DNA from: a virus
Taxonomy: Duplodnaviria; Caudoviricetes
Length of the DNA: 62,409 nt
Direction: 5' to 3' (one strand)
IMG/VR virus record: IMGVR_UViG_3300001533_000597
Span: 1-62,409 of that record
Made by a program: the position numbers and the translations under genes. Below are positions 46,998-57,534 of this stretch, in pieces (position 1 is the stretch's first letter; every line of letters starts with the position of its first letter). A model generated the notes under the pieces. It searched no databases and was not told the origin of the DNA. It saw nothing but the letters and a program-made list of their open reading frames with translations.

Positions 46998-49900
46998 ATG
47001 TCGGCAACTCAAGCACTAATGGATTATACTTTTGTATCTAAATATGCTCGTTGGTTGAAAAATGAGAAAAGAAGAGAAACTTGGGAAGAAGCAGTAAATC
47101 GTGTACGAGAAATGATGCACGAGAAATACGAAGATAAAGATGTACATGAGGATATTGATTTTGCCTATGATATGATGCGGCGTAAACGCGTGTTAGGTAG
47201 CCAACGATGCCTCCAATATGGGGGCCAACCGGCCTTACAAAAAAACGCGCGTGTATTCAATTGTACAGCCTCATATTGTGATAGATTAAGAGTATTTCAA
47301 GAAGCCTTTTGGTTATTATTATGTGGATGTGGAGTTGGATTAAGCATACAAAAACATCATATTAATAAGTTACCTAAATTATCAGACAAGCGATTAAAAG
47401 GAAGAAAAAGAAGTAGTCAAAAGTTTGTTGTACCTGATACTATTGAAGGATGGGCAGACTGTGTTGGTGTACTATTAACTTCCTACTATGATATTCCGGT
47501 TGAAGAACGATTTGAAAAATATGTTGATGCAGAAGTAGAGTTTGATTATAGTAAGATACGCCCAGGGGGGTCTTTTTTAAGTAGCGGCGTCGGAAAAGCT
47601 CCGGGGCCAGATGGATTACGCACCGCAGTTAAAAATATACAACAATTGTTGGATGCTCGCATAAATGAAGGTCGTACTAAGCTGGCTCCTATAGATTGTG
47701 GTGATATATTTCTACATACAGGAGAGGCAACTTTATCTGGAGGCGTTCGCAGAAGTTCGGGTATCCTACTATTTTCTGCTGATGATAAGGATATGAGGTT
47801 ATGTAAAACGGGTAACTGGTTACAAAATCATCCACAACGGGCCCGTGCCAATATTTCCGAGGTATTACATCGGGAAACTACCGACTATGATTCTTTTAAG
47901 GATATCATTCAATATACTAAGGAATATGGAGACCCAGGATTTATGTGGGTTGATGATTTAGAAGAATTAAGAAATCCTTGTGTAACTAAAGATACTATGA
48001 TAGTTACAAAGGATGGACTAGATTGTGTAGAACATCTAAATACAAATAAATCTTATTTTACAACTATTGTAGATGGTGAAAAATATAATTCAACATTCTT
48101 TTATCAGACAGGAAATAAACCAGTATATGAAGTACAGTTTAAATCTGGTAGAATATTAAAATTAACTGGGAACCATCGTATAATGAGAAATGATGGGGTT
48201 TGGAAAAAACTAGATGATTTAAATATTGGTGATAAAGTAAAGGTTCATAACCATCGTGAATTACTAAAAAATATTGATAGGAATTCTAAAGAATATGCAC
48301 AAGGATATTGTTTAGGACATATAATAGGTGATGGATATTTATCACATACTGATAAAAGCGCTCACATGTGTTGGTGGGGTAAAGATAGATGGGACCAAAG
48401 AACTAGAGGTTTTGAATTATTAAATCAGGCTCATTTTGACAGTAACTCCCAATATAAAAAAGTTAAACATAATAATGTTAGAGCAAGTATACAGTCTACA
48501 AAATTATATAGCTTTTTAGACAACCAAGGGTGTATAGCTAATAAAGAATTAACAATACAATCTATTTGTGGCAATTGGTCATATTTATCAGGTTTACTAG
48601 CTGGATATTTTGATGCTGATGGGTATGTAGTCAGCAACACCGACAAGGGATGCTGTGTCCGTTTAACCTCTATAAGTTTAAGTAACTTACAATTAGTACA
48701 AAATATATTAAATGCATTTGGAATCAATTCAACTATCTATAAAAATCGTTTACAAGAGGGATATTATAAATTACCAGATGGACATGGTGATTTAAAACAA
48801 TATTGGTGTAATACCCAACATGACCTACATATTTCTAAAGACAATTTAGTAATTTTACGGAATATTATTAAATTTGAGCAACCGCATAAAGAAAGGTTGC
48901 TAAATGACATCATAGATTCTTATATCCGAAAGCCATATAGAGATAAATTTGAAGATACTATAGAGTCCATTTCTTTATTGCCAGAAGAAGATGTGTTTGA
49001 TTGTACAGTATCAGATATAGAAGCCTTTAGTGCTAATGGAGTATATGTACATAATTGTGGTGAAATTGGAATGTGGGCCTATGACATTATAGATGAAGAT
49101 AAATTTAATAAGTTCTTGGAGAATTATGATGGACAAGGTTACAAAAGAAACAATAAAAACATTGGATTGGAGTCAGGATGGCAAATGTGCAATTTGGGAA
49201 CCATTAACGCCCCCACAGTTAGAACTATTGAAGAATATCATGAGTGGGGACGTGCCGCTGCCATTATCACTACGTTGCAATCTGGATTCACAGAGTTTGG
49301 TTATCTTACTCCTGCATCGAAACATATTTGCGAGCGTGAATCGCTTATCGGAGTCTCAATTACAGGAATAATGGAGAATGAAGAATTAATATTAGAATCT
49401 AGTAATCAGCGTAAAGTTGCCAGAACAATTAAACAAGTTAATACAGAAATAGCAAATAAAATTGGTATTAATCCAGCCGCACGGTGTACTACTATTAAAC
49501 CTGAAGGTACTGGTTCTCTCGTTTTGGGTGTATCATCGGGAATACATCCACATCATTCCAAAAGATATTTAAGACGCATACAGGCCAACATTACTGAGAA
49601 TCCCTATCAACATTTTAAAACCACGAACCCCCTAGCTTGTGAAAAATCTGTTTGGGCCGCTAATGATACCGATGAAATAGCTTTATTCCCTATCGAGGTT
49701 AAAGATGGAGCCAAATTAAAAAATCAGTTACCGGCACTAACATTACTGGAAATAGTGAAAAGCCTACAACAGAATTGGATACGTGTAGGTAAAACCGAAG
49801 AATTATGTACACGACCCTGTTTGTCTCATAATGTAAGTAATACTATACAGGTTAAACCTGATGAGTGGGATGAAGTAACCCTATGGATTTATAGAAACCG

Positions 49901-50384
49901 TAATTATATTAGTGGTATTACCTTATTGCCTCAAAGTGGTGATAAAGACTATCCACAAGCACCATTTACGGCCGTATATTTACCACACGAGATAGTCCGA
50001 GAATATGGAGATGCCGCCCTATGGACTTCTGGACTTATTGAAATTGGATTACGCGCTTTTAATAATAATTTATGGTCTGCCTGTGATTTTGTCCTAATAC
50101 CAGAACAACAAGACAATTTGAAACTAGAAAAGAAAAGTTTAAAACTAAATAAGGCTGCACTAAAATTTGAGTTCGTAGAAAAAATGGAAAAGTTTGCCAA
50201 TAAATACTTTGATAATGATGTGCGGCGATTAACATATTGTATGAAGGACGTATTCAATTGGAAATTATATCACGATTTAAAAAAAACATTTAAAGCTGTA
50301 GATTATACTACTATGAGAGAAGACGAAGATAATACTAAACCCGAGGCTGAACCCGCCTGTGCTGGTGGAGCTTGCTTCCTATGA
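46998..50384 (+). CDS. nrdJ: Class II (AdoCbl-dependent) ribonucleotide reductase containing an intein
   Basis: RETWEE, FNC, GCGVG, GGVRRS, NP|CGEI, CNL, TIKPEGT, HNVSNT, C-terminal CAGGAC; likely start ATG 46998. Confidence 0.88.
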   Translation: MSATQALMDYTFVSKYARWLKNEKRRETWEEAVNRVREMMHEKYEDKDVHEDIDFAYDMMRRKRVLGSQRCLQYGGQPALQKNARVFNCTASYCDRLRVFQEAFWLLLCGCGVGLSIQKHHINKLPKLSDKRLKGRKRSSQKFVVPDTIEGWADCVGVLLTSYYDIPVEERFEKYVDAEVEFDYSKIRPGGSFLSSGVGKAPGPDGLRTAVKNIQQLLDARINEGRTKLAPIDCGDIFLHTGEATLSGGVRRSSGILLFSADDKDMRLCKTGNWLQNHPQRARANISEVLHRETTDYDSFKDIIQYTKEYGDPGFMWVDDLEELRNPCVTKDTMIVTKDGLDCVEHLNTNKSYFTTIVDGEKYNSTFFYQTGNKPVYEVQFKSGRILKLTGNHRIMRNDGVWKKLDDLNIGDKVKVHNHRELLKNIDRNSKEYAQGYCLGHIIGDGYLSHTDKSAHMCWWGKDRWDQRTRGFELLNQAHFDSNSQYKKVKHNNVRASIQSTKLYSFLDNQGCIANKELTIQSICGNWSYLSGLLAGYFDADGYVVSNTDKGCCVRLTSISLSNLQLVQNILNAFGINSTIYKNRLQEGYYKLPDGHGDLKQYWCNTQHDLHISKDNLVILRNIIKFEQPHKERLLNDIIDSYIRKPYRDKFEDTIESISLLPEEDVFDCTVSDIEAFSANGVYVHNCGEIGMWAYDIIDEDKFNKFLENYDGQGYKRNNKNIGLESGWQMCNLGTINAPTVRTIEEYHEWGRAAAIITTLQSGFTEFGYLTPASKHICERESLIGVSITGIMENEELILESSNQRKVARTIKQVNTEIANKIGINPAARCTTIKPEGTGSLVLGVSSGIHPHHSKRYLRRIQANITENPYQHFKTTNPLACEKSVWAANDTDEIALFPIEVKDGAKLKNQLPALTLLEIVKSLQQNWIRVGKTEELCTRPCLSHNVSNTIQVKPDEWDEVTLWIYRNRNYISGITLLPQSGDKDYPQAPFTAVYLPHEIVREYGDAALWTSGLIEIGLRAFNNNLWSACDFVLIPEQQDNLKLEKKSLKLNKAALKFEFVEKMEKFANKYFDNDVRRLTYCMKDVFNWKLYHDLKKTFKAVDYTTMREDEDNTKPEAEPACAGGACFL
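47979..49055 (+). mobile_element. Contiguous 359-aa intein with LAGLIDADG endonuclease
   Basis: CVTKDT, TGNH, LGHIIGDG, LAGYFDADG, VFDCTV...VYVHN then Cys. Confidence 0.95.
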
Positions 50385-50575
50385 TGATATTCTATCTATT
50401 TTACGGCCCGTTTATATCAGTTATTTTAATTCTTTGGATACTCCTATGTAGTCGCCGTCTATCCACAACTACCGATAGCCTTGAATATGCTTGTTTAGGT
50501 GTTACCGCCTGTTATTCGATAGGGATATTAATATTATCACTATTATTTACCAGTATAGGACCATTTATTATTTAG
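50372..50575 (+). CDS. Small two-TM protein
   Basis: Hydrophobic ORF. Confidence 0.45.
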   Translation: MLPMMIFYLFYGPFISVILILWILLCSRRLSTTTDSLEYACLGVTACYSIGILILSLLFTSIGPFII

Positions 50576-50583
50576 GTTTAACT

Positions 50584-50952
50584 ATGCCCACTTATATCTT
50601 TTCCTGCGACAATTGCCAACTAGATTTTGAACATCAATGTTCTATGTCGGAAATTACTTCGCTCAAACCGCGTTGTCCTAAATGTAAAAGGCAAAAAGGA
50701 ATTCATAGAAATTATGGTGCCGAAAGTCCATATTGTTTTGAAGGTATTAAAACCGTAGGCTCTTATGCGGATAAAAATACTGACCAAAAAAGCGACGATG
50801 AACAACATAGTATCCGAATAAAACAAACGGAATATTTACGTAAACCATATGATGGTCCACTACCAGAGGGTGTCCAACCTATGCCACGAGATAAAGATGG
50901 ACACATTATACCTAGCACTAAACAAAGAAAAGTCGACCCTCGCAGAAAATAG
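50584..50952 (+). CDS. FmdB-family Zn-ribbon protein
   Basis: MPTYIFSCDNC..FE...CPKC. Confidence 0.8.
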   Translation: MPTYIFSCDNCQLDFEHQCSMSEITSLKPRCPKCKRQKGIHRNYGAESPYCFEGIKTVGSYADKNTDQKSDDEQHSIRIKQTEYLRKPYDGPLPEGVQPMPRDKDGHIIPSTKQRKVDPRRK

Positions 50953-50960
50953 GATATAAT

Positions 50961-52613
50961 ATGAAGGATATACCACATCAATCTATTATTCATATAATTA
51001 TTAATAAAGACATATTTGAAAGCCTTCCTAGCGGGCAAGTTAGTACGAAATCTATTAAAAACGAATCAGAAAAACACACCAAGGTATTTACAGCTATTGG
51101 CAATACATTGGACGAATGTAAACAAAAAACTCAAAAACTTCTAACCAACATTCTAGCCAAACTTCAAGACGACACACTTATTTAGAAAGTCCTATTATGT
51201 ATATCAATAAAAAAAACATATCTGACAGTCTGTTCCAGCCTAGAGGAACACAATCATCAAGTTTAGAATCACCTACACATTATATATCCTTGGGTTTTAC
51301 TATTAGTGGACAAGAAGATGAACTATTAAATTTAGCAGGAGAAAGAGATGATAAAGGATATCCAATTATATCTAAGGATAATGAACATTGTTATGCTAAG
51401 ATAGAAGTCACAGAAATGGGATATCCGGTATATTATATCAAACAGGGGCCGACTGGTGGATATTACAATCCATTAGGTATGGACCAGCACTCTCTGTCTA
51501 AACGACGAAACGGGGAAATATTATGGAAATTTAGGAAAGTAAATAAAATATCTTTCGATTATTATATACAATTTTTAAAAACCAAAAAGACAGCATTTTT
51601 AGTACAGGCTGAACGAGAAATATAGGGAGAAATATTATGGCTAAGGGCCGATTAAACCTTACAGAGAAATATGCCATTCAAGGTATGGTGGCTGATAACA
51701 AATCTATAACAGATATTGCGAGCGAGTTAGGTCGTAGTGAGAGCGTTGTTCAAAATTATATTGATAATGAATTAGACAGATTAATAGAAACCATTACAAC
51801 TATTCAAGAACCGACTCTAGATAACAAAATCATCAAGGCAGTATTGGAACAACTGGCTCCTACTGGTCGTAAGGCTGATAAAGAAGACGCAAAAGAAAAA
51901 CTAAACAGACTCATATCAACTATGAAACCACAAGAAATAAATACACTTAATGGATGGCTAGAACAACCTAATGGTATAGATAGGGCAATCAATATTATGG
52001 TTTCGTCAGTTCTAAAATTACAAAATGCCCAAGATTTGATGATAAGACGAACATCAGAGAAACATAAGAGTGGTGTAGCAATTATGACTAAAGAAGCATC
52101 AGAGAGAGGTGACGAAAACCGTAAACAAAAACGGAGTTCACGAAGACTACGAGCTAATATTTTTGAGCCTAAGCGAAATACAATAAAATGAAATTTATAT
52201 CTAAATATTCACCTAATAAACAGATAACACCAGCACAATATATTATTGAGTTAATTTGCGAAAGAAAAGCCTCATTAAACAATATAGACCTACCTATTAA
52301 ATTTTGGAATTTACCAGAATGGGCTAATTTTTTTCGCTCTCAATTACGATTATGTCACAACTTGTTGAAACAATACTCGGCATCCGCTATTGTTAAGGCT
52401 TTACGTGATAGAAGGTGCTCCAATATATATTCGCTGGGTGCCCCGTGGTTAAAACCCGTGATTGAGGAATATGAAAAGATTGAACGACTCAAGCAATCTC
52501 AACCTAAACAATATACTGGGACGCCTCAAAATATTAATCTATCTTCCCGTCGAAAATTGCCAAAAATAAAAGCGGGTCTTATTAATAGATTAGAAGAAAT
52601 AGATAATGGCTAA
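50961..52613 (+). other. Four ORFs: 50961-51185, 51197-51625, HTH protein 51637-52191, 52188-52613
   Basis: SITDIASELGRSESVVQNY HTH in 51637; others unassigned. Confidence 0.6.
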
Positions 52614-53649
52614 AAAGAAAAATAATACCGAATCCACTATGAGTATAGATGATATAGATGCTCATATCATATCAAAGTATGGTGATGTATTTTTAAGTGC
52701 CAATTCTATTATGAATGAGCCCAATGTAGTAATACCATTTAGTCCAGCGGTAGATTTAATTCTAGGCGGTGGTATTATGGAGGGGTCATTTGTAATTATG
52801 TCTGGTAGACCCAAATCTGGCAAAACATCTTCGGCATTAGATTTTGCCGGAACCGCCCAGCGTACTGAATATGTTAATGATTTATGTCCTAATGGACGAC
52901 ATATCTACTTTTTTAATGTTGAAGGACGTATAAAGGGCCGAGATTTAAAAGGTATTACCAATCTGGACAAATCAGATGATAAGTTGACTATCATTAGTTC
53001 TAAGCCGGGTAACATATTAAATGCTGAAGATTTTTTAGAAATATTAGAAAATTATGTACATACTAAGCCTGGTGCTATTTTTATTATAGATTCACTGAGT
53101 CAATTATGTTCGTCCAGCAGACGTGCCGAACCAGTAGGAAATAGATTTCGTGATGATGTACCTCTGATGTTGGCGGGGCTAACCAAAAAATTAAGTGGTA
53201 TATTGCCAATTAATAAGAGTATCTTAATAGGAATTACTCACCTATATAGCAACCAAGACCCTAAATCCAAAGTAAAATGGGTTGAGGCATCCGGCCAAAA
53301 AATTCAGTATGCGGCCGATGTAAAACTTAGGGTGACTCATTTTACGCCGCATATATATAAAGAAAACCAGGTAGGCCAGATTATTCATTGGGTATGTGAG
53401 GTTAGTGGAATTGGAGCACCAGGCGGGAAAAGCGACTCCCTATTAAGGTATGGTCATGGTATAGATAAAGAATGGGAGCTTATGAACTATGGTTCTGGTA
53501 TCGGCCTATTTGATAAGGCCGGCTCGTGGTATACTTTTGGGGATGAGAGAGTACAGGGTCAAGATAACGCCTGTCAATTTCTACGTGATAATCCCGAATT
53601 ATATGATGAGTTATATGTCAAATTTCGTCAGGCTATGGGTCTATGTTAG
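52606..53649 (+). CDS. recA: RecA/UvsX-like recombinase
   Basis: LGGGI, GRPKSGKT, IIDSL, SGQKIQY, YGHGID, KAGSWY, QG. Confidence 0.88.
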   Translation: MAKKKNNTESTMSIDDIDAHIISKYGDVFLSANSIMNEPNVVIPFSPAVDLILGGGIMEGSFVIMSGRPKSGKTSSALDFAGTAQRTEYVNDLCPNGRHIYFFNVEGRIKGRDLKGITNLDKSDDKLTIISSKPGNILNAEDFLEILENYVHTKPGAIFIIDSLSQLCSSSRRAEPVGNRFRDDVPLMLAGLTKKLSGILPINKSILIGITHLYSNQDPKSKVKWVEASGQKIQYAADVKLRVTHFTPHIYKENQVGQIIHWVCEVSGIGAPGGKSDSLLRYGHGIDKEWELMNYGSGIGLFDKAGSWYTFGDERVQGQDNACQFLRDNPELYDELYVKFRQAMGLC

Positions 53650-54026
53650 TTCAAGATTTAAATGGTCGCCACTATAATCTTACCCTAAGCGGCCATCATC
53701 TTAATTCTCGGAATATTTCAAAATTACATTTAAAGGTACGTAAATTTCTAAAAGATAAATTTCCTACGCAAATAATACTAGAAGAAGTACCTATTGAGAT
53801 TTATTTCCACAAAACCCTATTCTTAGATTTCTTTCTGCCTCATATATATTTAGCCGTTGAGGCCCAGGGTAAACAGCATAAACAATTTAGCTCATATTTT
53901 CATCATAACAAGCTGGGTTTTTGGACAGCCAAGAAAAACGACGAATTGAAAGAACAATGGTGTCAATTAAACGATATTCGATTAGTACAATTATGGGAAG
54001 GGCAAGATGATTGGTGGAGCATCTAA
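53643..54026 (+). CDS. Vsr/DUF559-like endonuclease
   Basis: LDFFLP...AVEAQGKQH, D..K..WC..NDI.LV. Confidence 0.7.
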   Translation: MLVQDLNGRHYNLTLSGHHLNSRNISKLHLKVRKFLKDKFPTQIILEEVPIEIYFHKTLFLDFFLPHIYLAVEAQGKQHKQFSSYFHHNKLGFWTAKKNDELKEQWCQLNDIRLVQLWEGQDDWWSI

Positions 54027-54059
54027 TTCATTCGCTTGTAATTCGATAGAAAGAATATT

Positions 54060-54569
54060 ATGTCTGACAAACCGATAAATAAAACTATAAAAACCCGTAT
54101 GGATGATATAGATAATGCTCTTAATCTATATGAATCACAAATAGGATTGCCAGCTAATACACCCCCAGGCAGTACGGAAGAATTACAATCTTATTTAGAT
54201 ATGTCACGAGAAAGTTTAGATAAACTGGCGGCTACAGATTGTTCTACAATAGCTTATAGACTGACTCGTTTTGCTCTATATTTGCAACGCCTATATAATT
54301 TAGAGGTTGCTCGTAATACATGGGCTAATACTGTCTTGAATCAATTAGCAGCTAATAAACTGTCTGATTATGATAAATTTTATAAACATGAGATGAAGAT
54401 AGCATTAATGGCTAAAGAAGACGAAAGTATTCAAAAATTATTAGATATTATTAGATATGCCACTCAACGAATGAATAGGTTAGAAGAGATAAGTAACAAT
54501 TTAAAATATTTAAGTAATGTATTATTTAACTTACAACGTGCTAAAATTACGGAGTATCAAAATCAATAG
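54060..54569 (+). CDS. Helical protein, possible recombination mediator
   Basis: All-helical coiled ORF downstream of recA; function inferred from position only. Confidence 0.4.
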   Translation: MSDKPINKTIKTRMDDIDNALNLYESQIGLPANTPPGSTEELQSYLDMSRESLDKLAATDCSTIAYRLTRFALYLQRLYNLEVARNTWANTVLNQLAANKLSDYDKFYKHEMKIALMAKEDESIQKLLDIIRYATQRMNRLEEISNNLKYLSNVLFNLQRAKITEYQNQ

Positions 54570-54669
54570 TGGAGGCAACATTCTTTATGAACAAACAATA
54601 TGAAAAATGTCAAAAAGTAAGGGAAATGTTATTACACCCGATGAAATTCAGTATTATGGAATATAGTTG

Positions 54670-55506
54670 ATGCATAAATTAACCAATGTCCTTAGCGTAT
54701 TCGATGGTATATCTTGTGGACAAATCGCATTAGAACGAGCCAATATTTCTTACAACAATTATTATGCAAGCGAAATAGACAAATGGGCTATTCAAATTAC
54801 CCAAAAAAATTATCCGCATACTGTCCAGTTAGGAGATATTAAAAATATTAAGGCGAAAGATTTACCAAAAATAGATTTATTGATGGGGGGTTCTCCGTGT
54901 CAAGGCTTTTCTAATGCAGGTAAAGGATTAAATTTTAAGGACGAACGCTCTGCATTGTTTTTTGAATTTGTTCGACTCCTAAACGAATGTAAGCCTAAAT
55001 ATTGGCTTTTAGAAAATGTCAAGATGAAAAAAGAATGGATAGCGATTATTAATAAATATGTGGGGGTTCAACCTATAGAGATTAATTCTTCACTGGTATC
55101 TGCCCAATCTAGAAAAAGACTTTACTGGACAAATATTCCCAATATAAAGCGACCTATGGATAAGAATATATCTATTAATGATATCTTAGAAACATCAGTA
55201 TCTTCACGGTATTATCTTTCCAAAACGGCAATTAAAACTTTGTCCAAATATAATAGTCAATATAAATGTATAGGTAAAATACCTACGCTTACTACAGAAT
55301 TAGCACATAGTTGGGGATATAATTTATTACCTAAAGTTATTAAAGAAATAGGTCAAAATAGAAGATTAACCCCTGTAGAATGTGAACGCTTACAAACCAT
55401 CCCAGACAATTATACTAAAGGAATATCAGATACTCAACGATATAAAATGTTGGGTAATAGCTGGACGGTAGATGTTATAGCACATATATTAGGATTTATC
55501 ATATGA
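54670..55506 (+). CDS. C5-cytosine DNA methyltransferase
   Basis: FDGISCG, GGSPCQ, LLENV, QSRKR, RRLTPVECERLQ, GNSW. Confidence 0.92.
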   Translation: MHKLTNVLSVFDGISCGQIALERANISYNNYYASEIDKWAIQITQKNYPHTVQLGDIKNIKAKDLPKIDLLMGGSPCQGFSNAGKGLNFKDERSALFFEFVRLLNECKPKYWLLENVKMKKEWIAIINKYVGVQPIEINSSLVSAQSRKRLYWTNIPNIKRPMDKNISINDILETSVSSRYYLSKTAIKTLSKYNSQYKCIGKIPTLTTELAHSWGYNLLPKVIKEIGQNRRLTPVECERLQTIPDNYTKGISDTQRYKMLGNSWTVDVIAHILGFII

Positions 55507-56063
55507 ATAAGTTAGCAAAACTACAACAAGTTTTACAAGAATTTGGAATTGATGAAGAGGATTTAGAGCAACTTCTAGTTAAAAAGAATAGAGTCACAAA
55601 ACGTAAACAATCTAGAAAAAGTAAGGCACAAAGAGAACCAAAAGAGTATGACGACAGTACGCACCAACGTAAACAGCGTCGTATATCTAAGAAAATTAGA
55701 AATAGCAATCATAACAACGAACAAGCATTTGATAGTAAACAATGGAGAAAAAATCGAAGTTCGCCATCCAAACGAGGTCAAGCGTGTAGAACAGAGAGTA
55801 TGCAGACAGGACAAAGGCCAAATAACTTTGAAAATGATGCGATAAGGTTTAGTGCTAAAAATGATATAGAGAAAGATAAAAAACTATGGGGTAACAATGA
55901 ACCATCACCACGTTTAGCTAGAGCGCCCAAAGAAATTGAAGCCACATGCACTCGATGTGGGAGTGTATGGTTAGTGGACAGTAGATATGTATATAGAGAT
56001 GATAGTGGAATAGTTTTTATATGCGATGAATGTGCCAATGCAGCCAGGAATAATAATGGATAA
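55503..56063 (+). CDS. Basic protein with C-terminal Zn ribbon
   Basis: CTRC...CDEC. Confidence 0.6.
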   Translation: MNKLAKLQQVLQEFGIDEEDLEQLLVKKNRVTKRKQSRKSKAQREPKEYDDSTHQRKQRRISKKIRNSNHNNEQAFDSKQWRKNRSSPSKRGQACRTESMQTGQRPNNFENDAIRFSAKNDIEKDKKLWGNNEPSPRLARAPKEIEATCTRCGSVWLVDSRYVYRDDSGIVFICDECANAARNNNG

Positions 56064-57534
56064 TATAAGTAAAAAATTATATGATGTAGCTTCTGAAAGA
56101 GGTGTATTAGCTGGATTGATTCGATATAAAGACGCATACTATGATATAGCTGATATTTTGCAATCTTCAACATTTACCTTACCACAAAATCAAGTAATAT
56201 TTGATTGCATTAAACATATCAAAGATACCTATGAAAATTTAATAATTGATTTACCGTCTATTTATAGTGCCGCGACTGAATTAGGAGTTTCTCACCTATT
56301 TGAACAAAAACAAAATATTTTACATTTACAAGCAGTTATAGACCTACCAGTAGATGAAAGCAACGTAAGGAAATTTGCGGCTAAAATTAGAAAACTGGAA
56401 GTTGCTAGATTATTACACAACCAACTCGCAGTAGCTCAAAATAAATTAGTAGAATTGGATGGGTCTGAAAGCATTACACAGATACTTGGTATAGCCGAAG
56501 ATTCTATTTTCGATTTTTCCTCCCTATTAAATGATAGGGATAATGAACCAGTAAGCTTAGGTGAAGGACTCCACAACTATCTGCAATATTTAGGAAATAA
56601 TCCCACAAGCACTATCGGTATTAGTACCGGATATAAAGAGTATGATTGGGCAATTGGTGGTGGTTTGCGTAATGGTACCGTAAATATGATAGGAGCCCGA
56701 GCAAAAACTGGTAAAACTATTTTAAGTGATAATATTGGTAATTATATTGCTAGCGAACTAAACATTCCAGTTCTAAATTTAGATACTGAGATGAGTCTTA
56801 CAGACCATCAGATAAGATTAACCGCATTAAGAACCTCCACTCCTATTCATAATATTGAAACGGGCACTGCTAAAAACTTTGATAGGATACTGGAGGAAAG
56901 TAAACTGATTGAAAAAATCCCATACTATCATAAATCAATTGCTGGTTGTCCATTTGAAGAACAGATAGCTATAGCTAGACGTTGGATAGTTAAAACTGTT
57001 GGATTAAACGAAGATGGTACCTCAAAACCATGTGTTATTATATATGACTATTTAAAACTGATGTCATCTGAAGGTTTAAATAAAGACCTAAAAGAATATC
57101 AATTATTAGGTTTTATGATGACATCTCTTCACAATTTCGCCGTTCGTTATCAAATACCTATCCTATCATTTATACAGCTTAACCGAGAAGGCATTAATAA
57201 GGAAGAACAAAATGTCATTAGTGGAAGTGATAGAATCATTTGGTTGTGTAGTAACTTTAGTATACTGAAGGGGAAATCACCGGAGGAAATTGCAGAAGAT
57301 GGTCACCAATATGGCAACCGCAAAATAGTAGTCGTGGCCGCACGTCATGGTGAAGCGATGGACTTAGGTGATTATATAATGTGTAATATGCAAGGTAAAT
57401 ATGCTAAAATAGAAGAGATAGGCAGAAAATTTCAAACTTTACACCAACAAGAACAAAACGGATTTAATTTACAAGATGGATTAGGAGAGGACATCCCCTT
57501 TGACAATGAAACTATCCAAAAAACAGATTCATAA
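56056..57534 (+). CDS. dnaB: Replicative helicase DnaB
   Basis: SERGVL, GISTG, GARAKTGKT, DTEMS, YDYL, QLNR, GSDRI, ARHG. Confidence 0.92.
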   Translation: MDNISKKLYDVASERGVLAGLIRYKDAYYDIADILQSSTFTLPQNQVIFDCIKHIKDTYENLIIDLPSIYSAATELGVSHLFEQKQNILHLQAVIDLPVDESNVRKFAAKIRKLEVARLLHNQLAVAQNKLVELDGSESITQILGIAEDSIFDFSSLLNDRDNEPVSLGEGLHNYLQYLGNNPTSTIGISTGYKEYDWAIGGGLRNGTVNMIGARAKTGKTILSDNIGNYIASELNIPVLNLDTEMSLTDHQIRLTALRTSTPIHNIETGTAKNFDRILEESKLIEKIPYYHKSIAGCPFEEQIAIARRWIVKTVGLNEDGTSKPCVIIYDYLKLMSSEGLNKDLKEYQLLGFMMTSLHNFAVRYQIPILSFIQLNREGINKEEQNVISGSDRIIWLCSNFSILKGKSPEEIAEDGHQYGNRKIVVVAARHGEAMDLGDYIMCNMQGKYAKIEEIGRKFQTLHQQEQNGFNLQDGLGEDIPFDNETIQKTDS

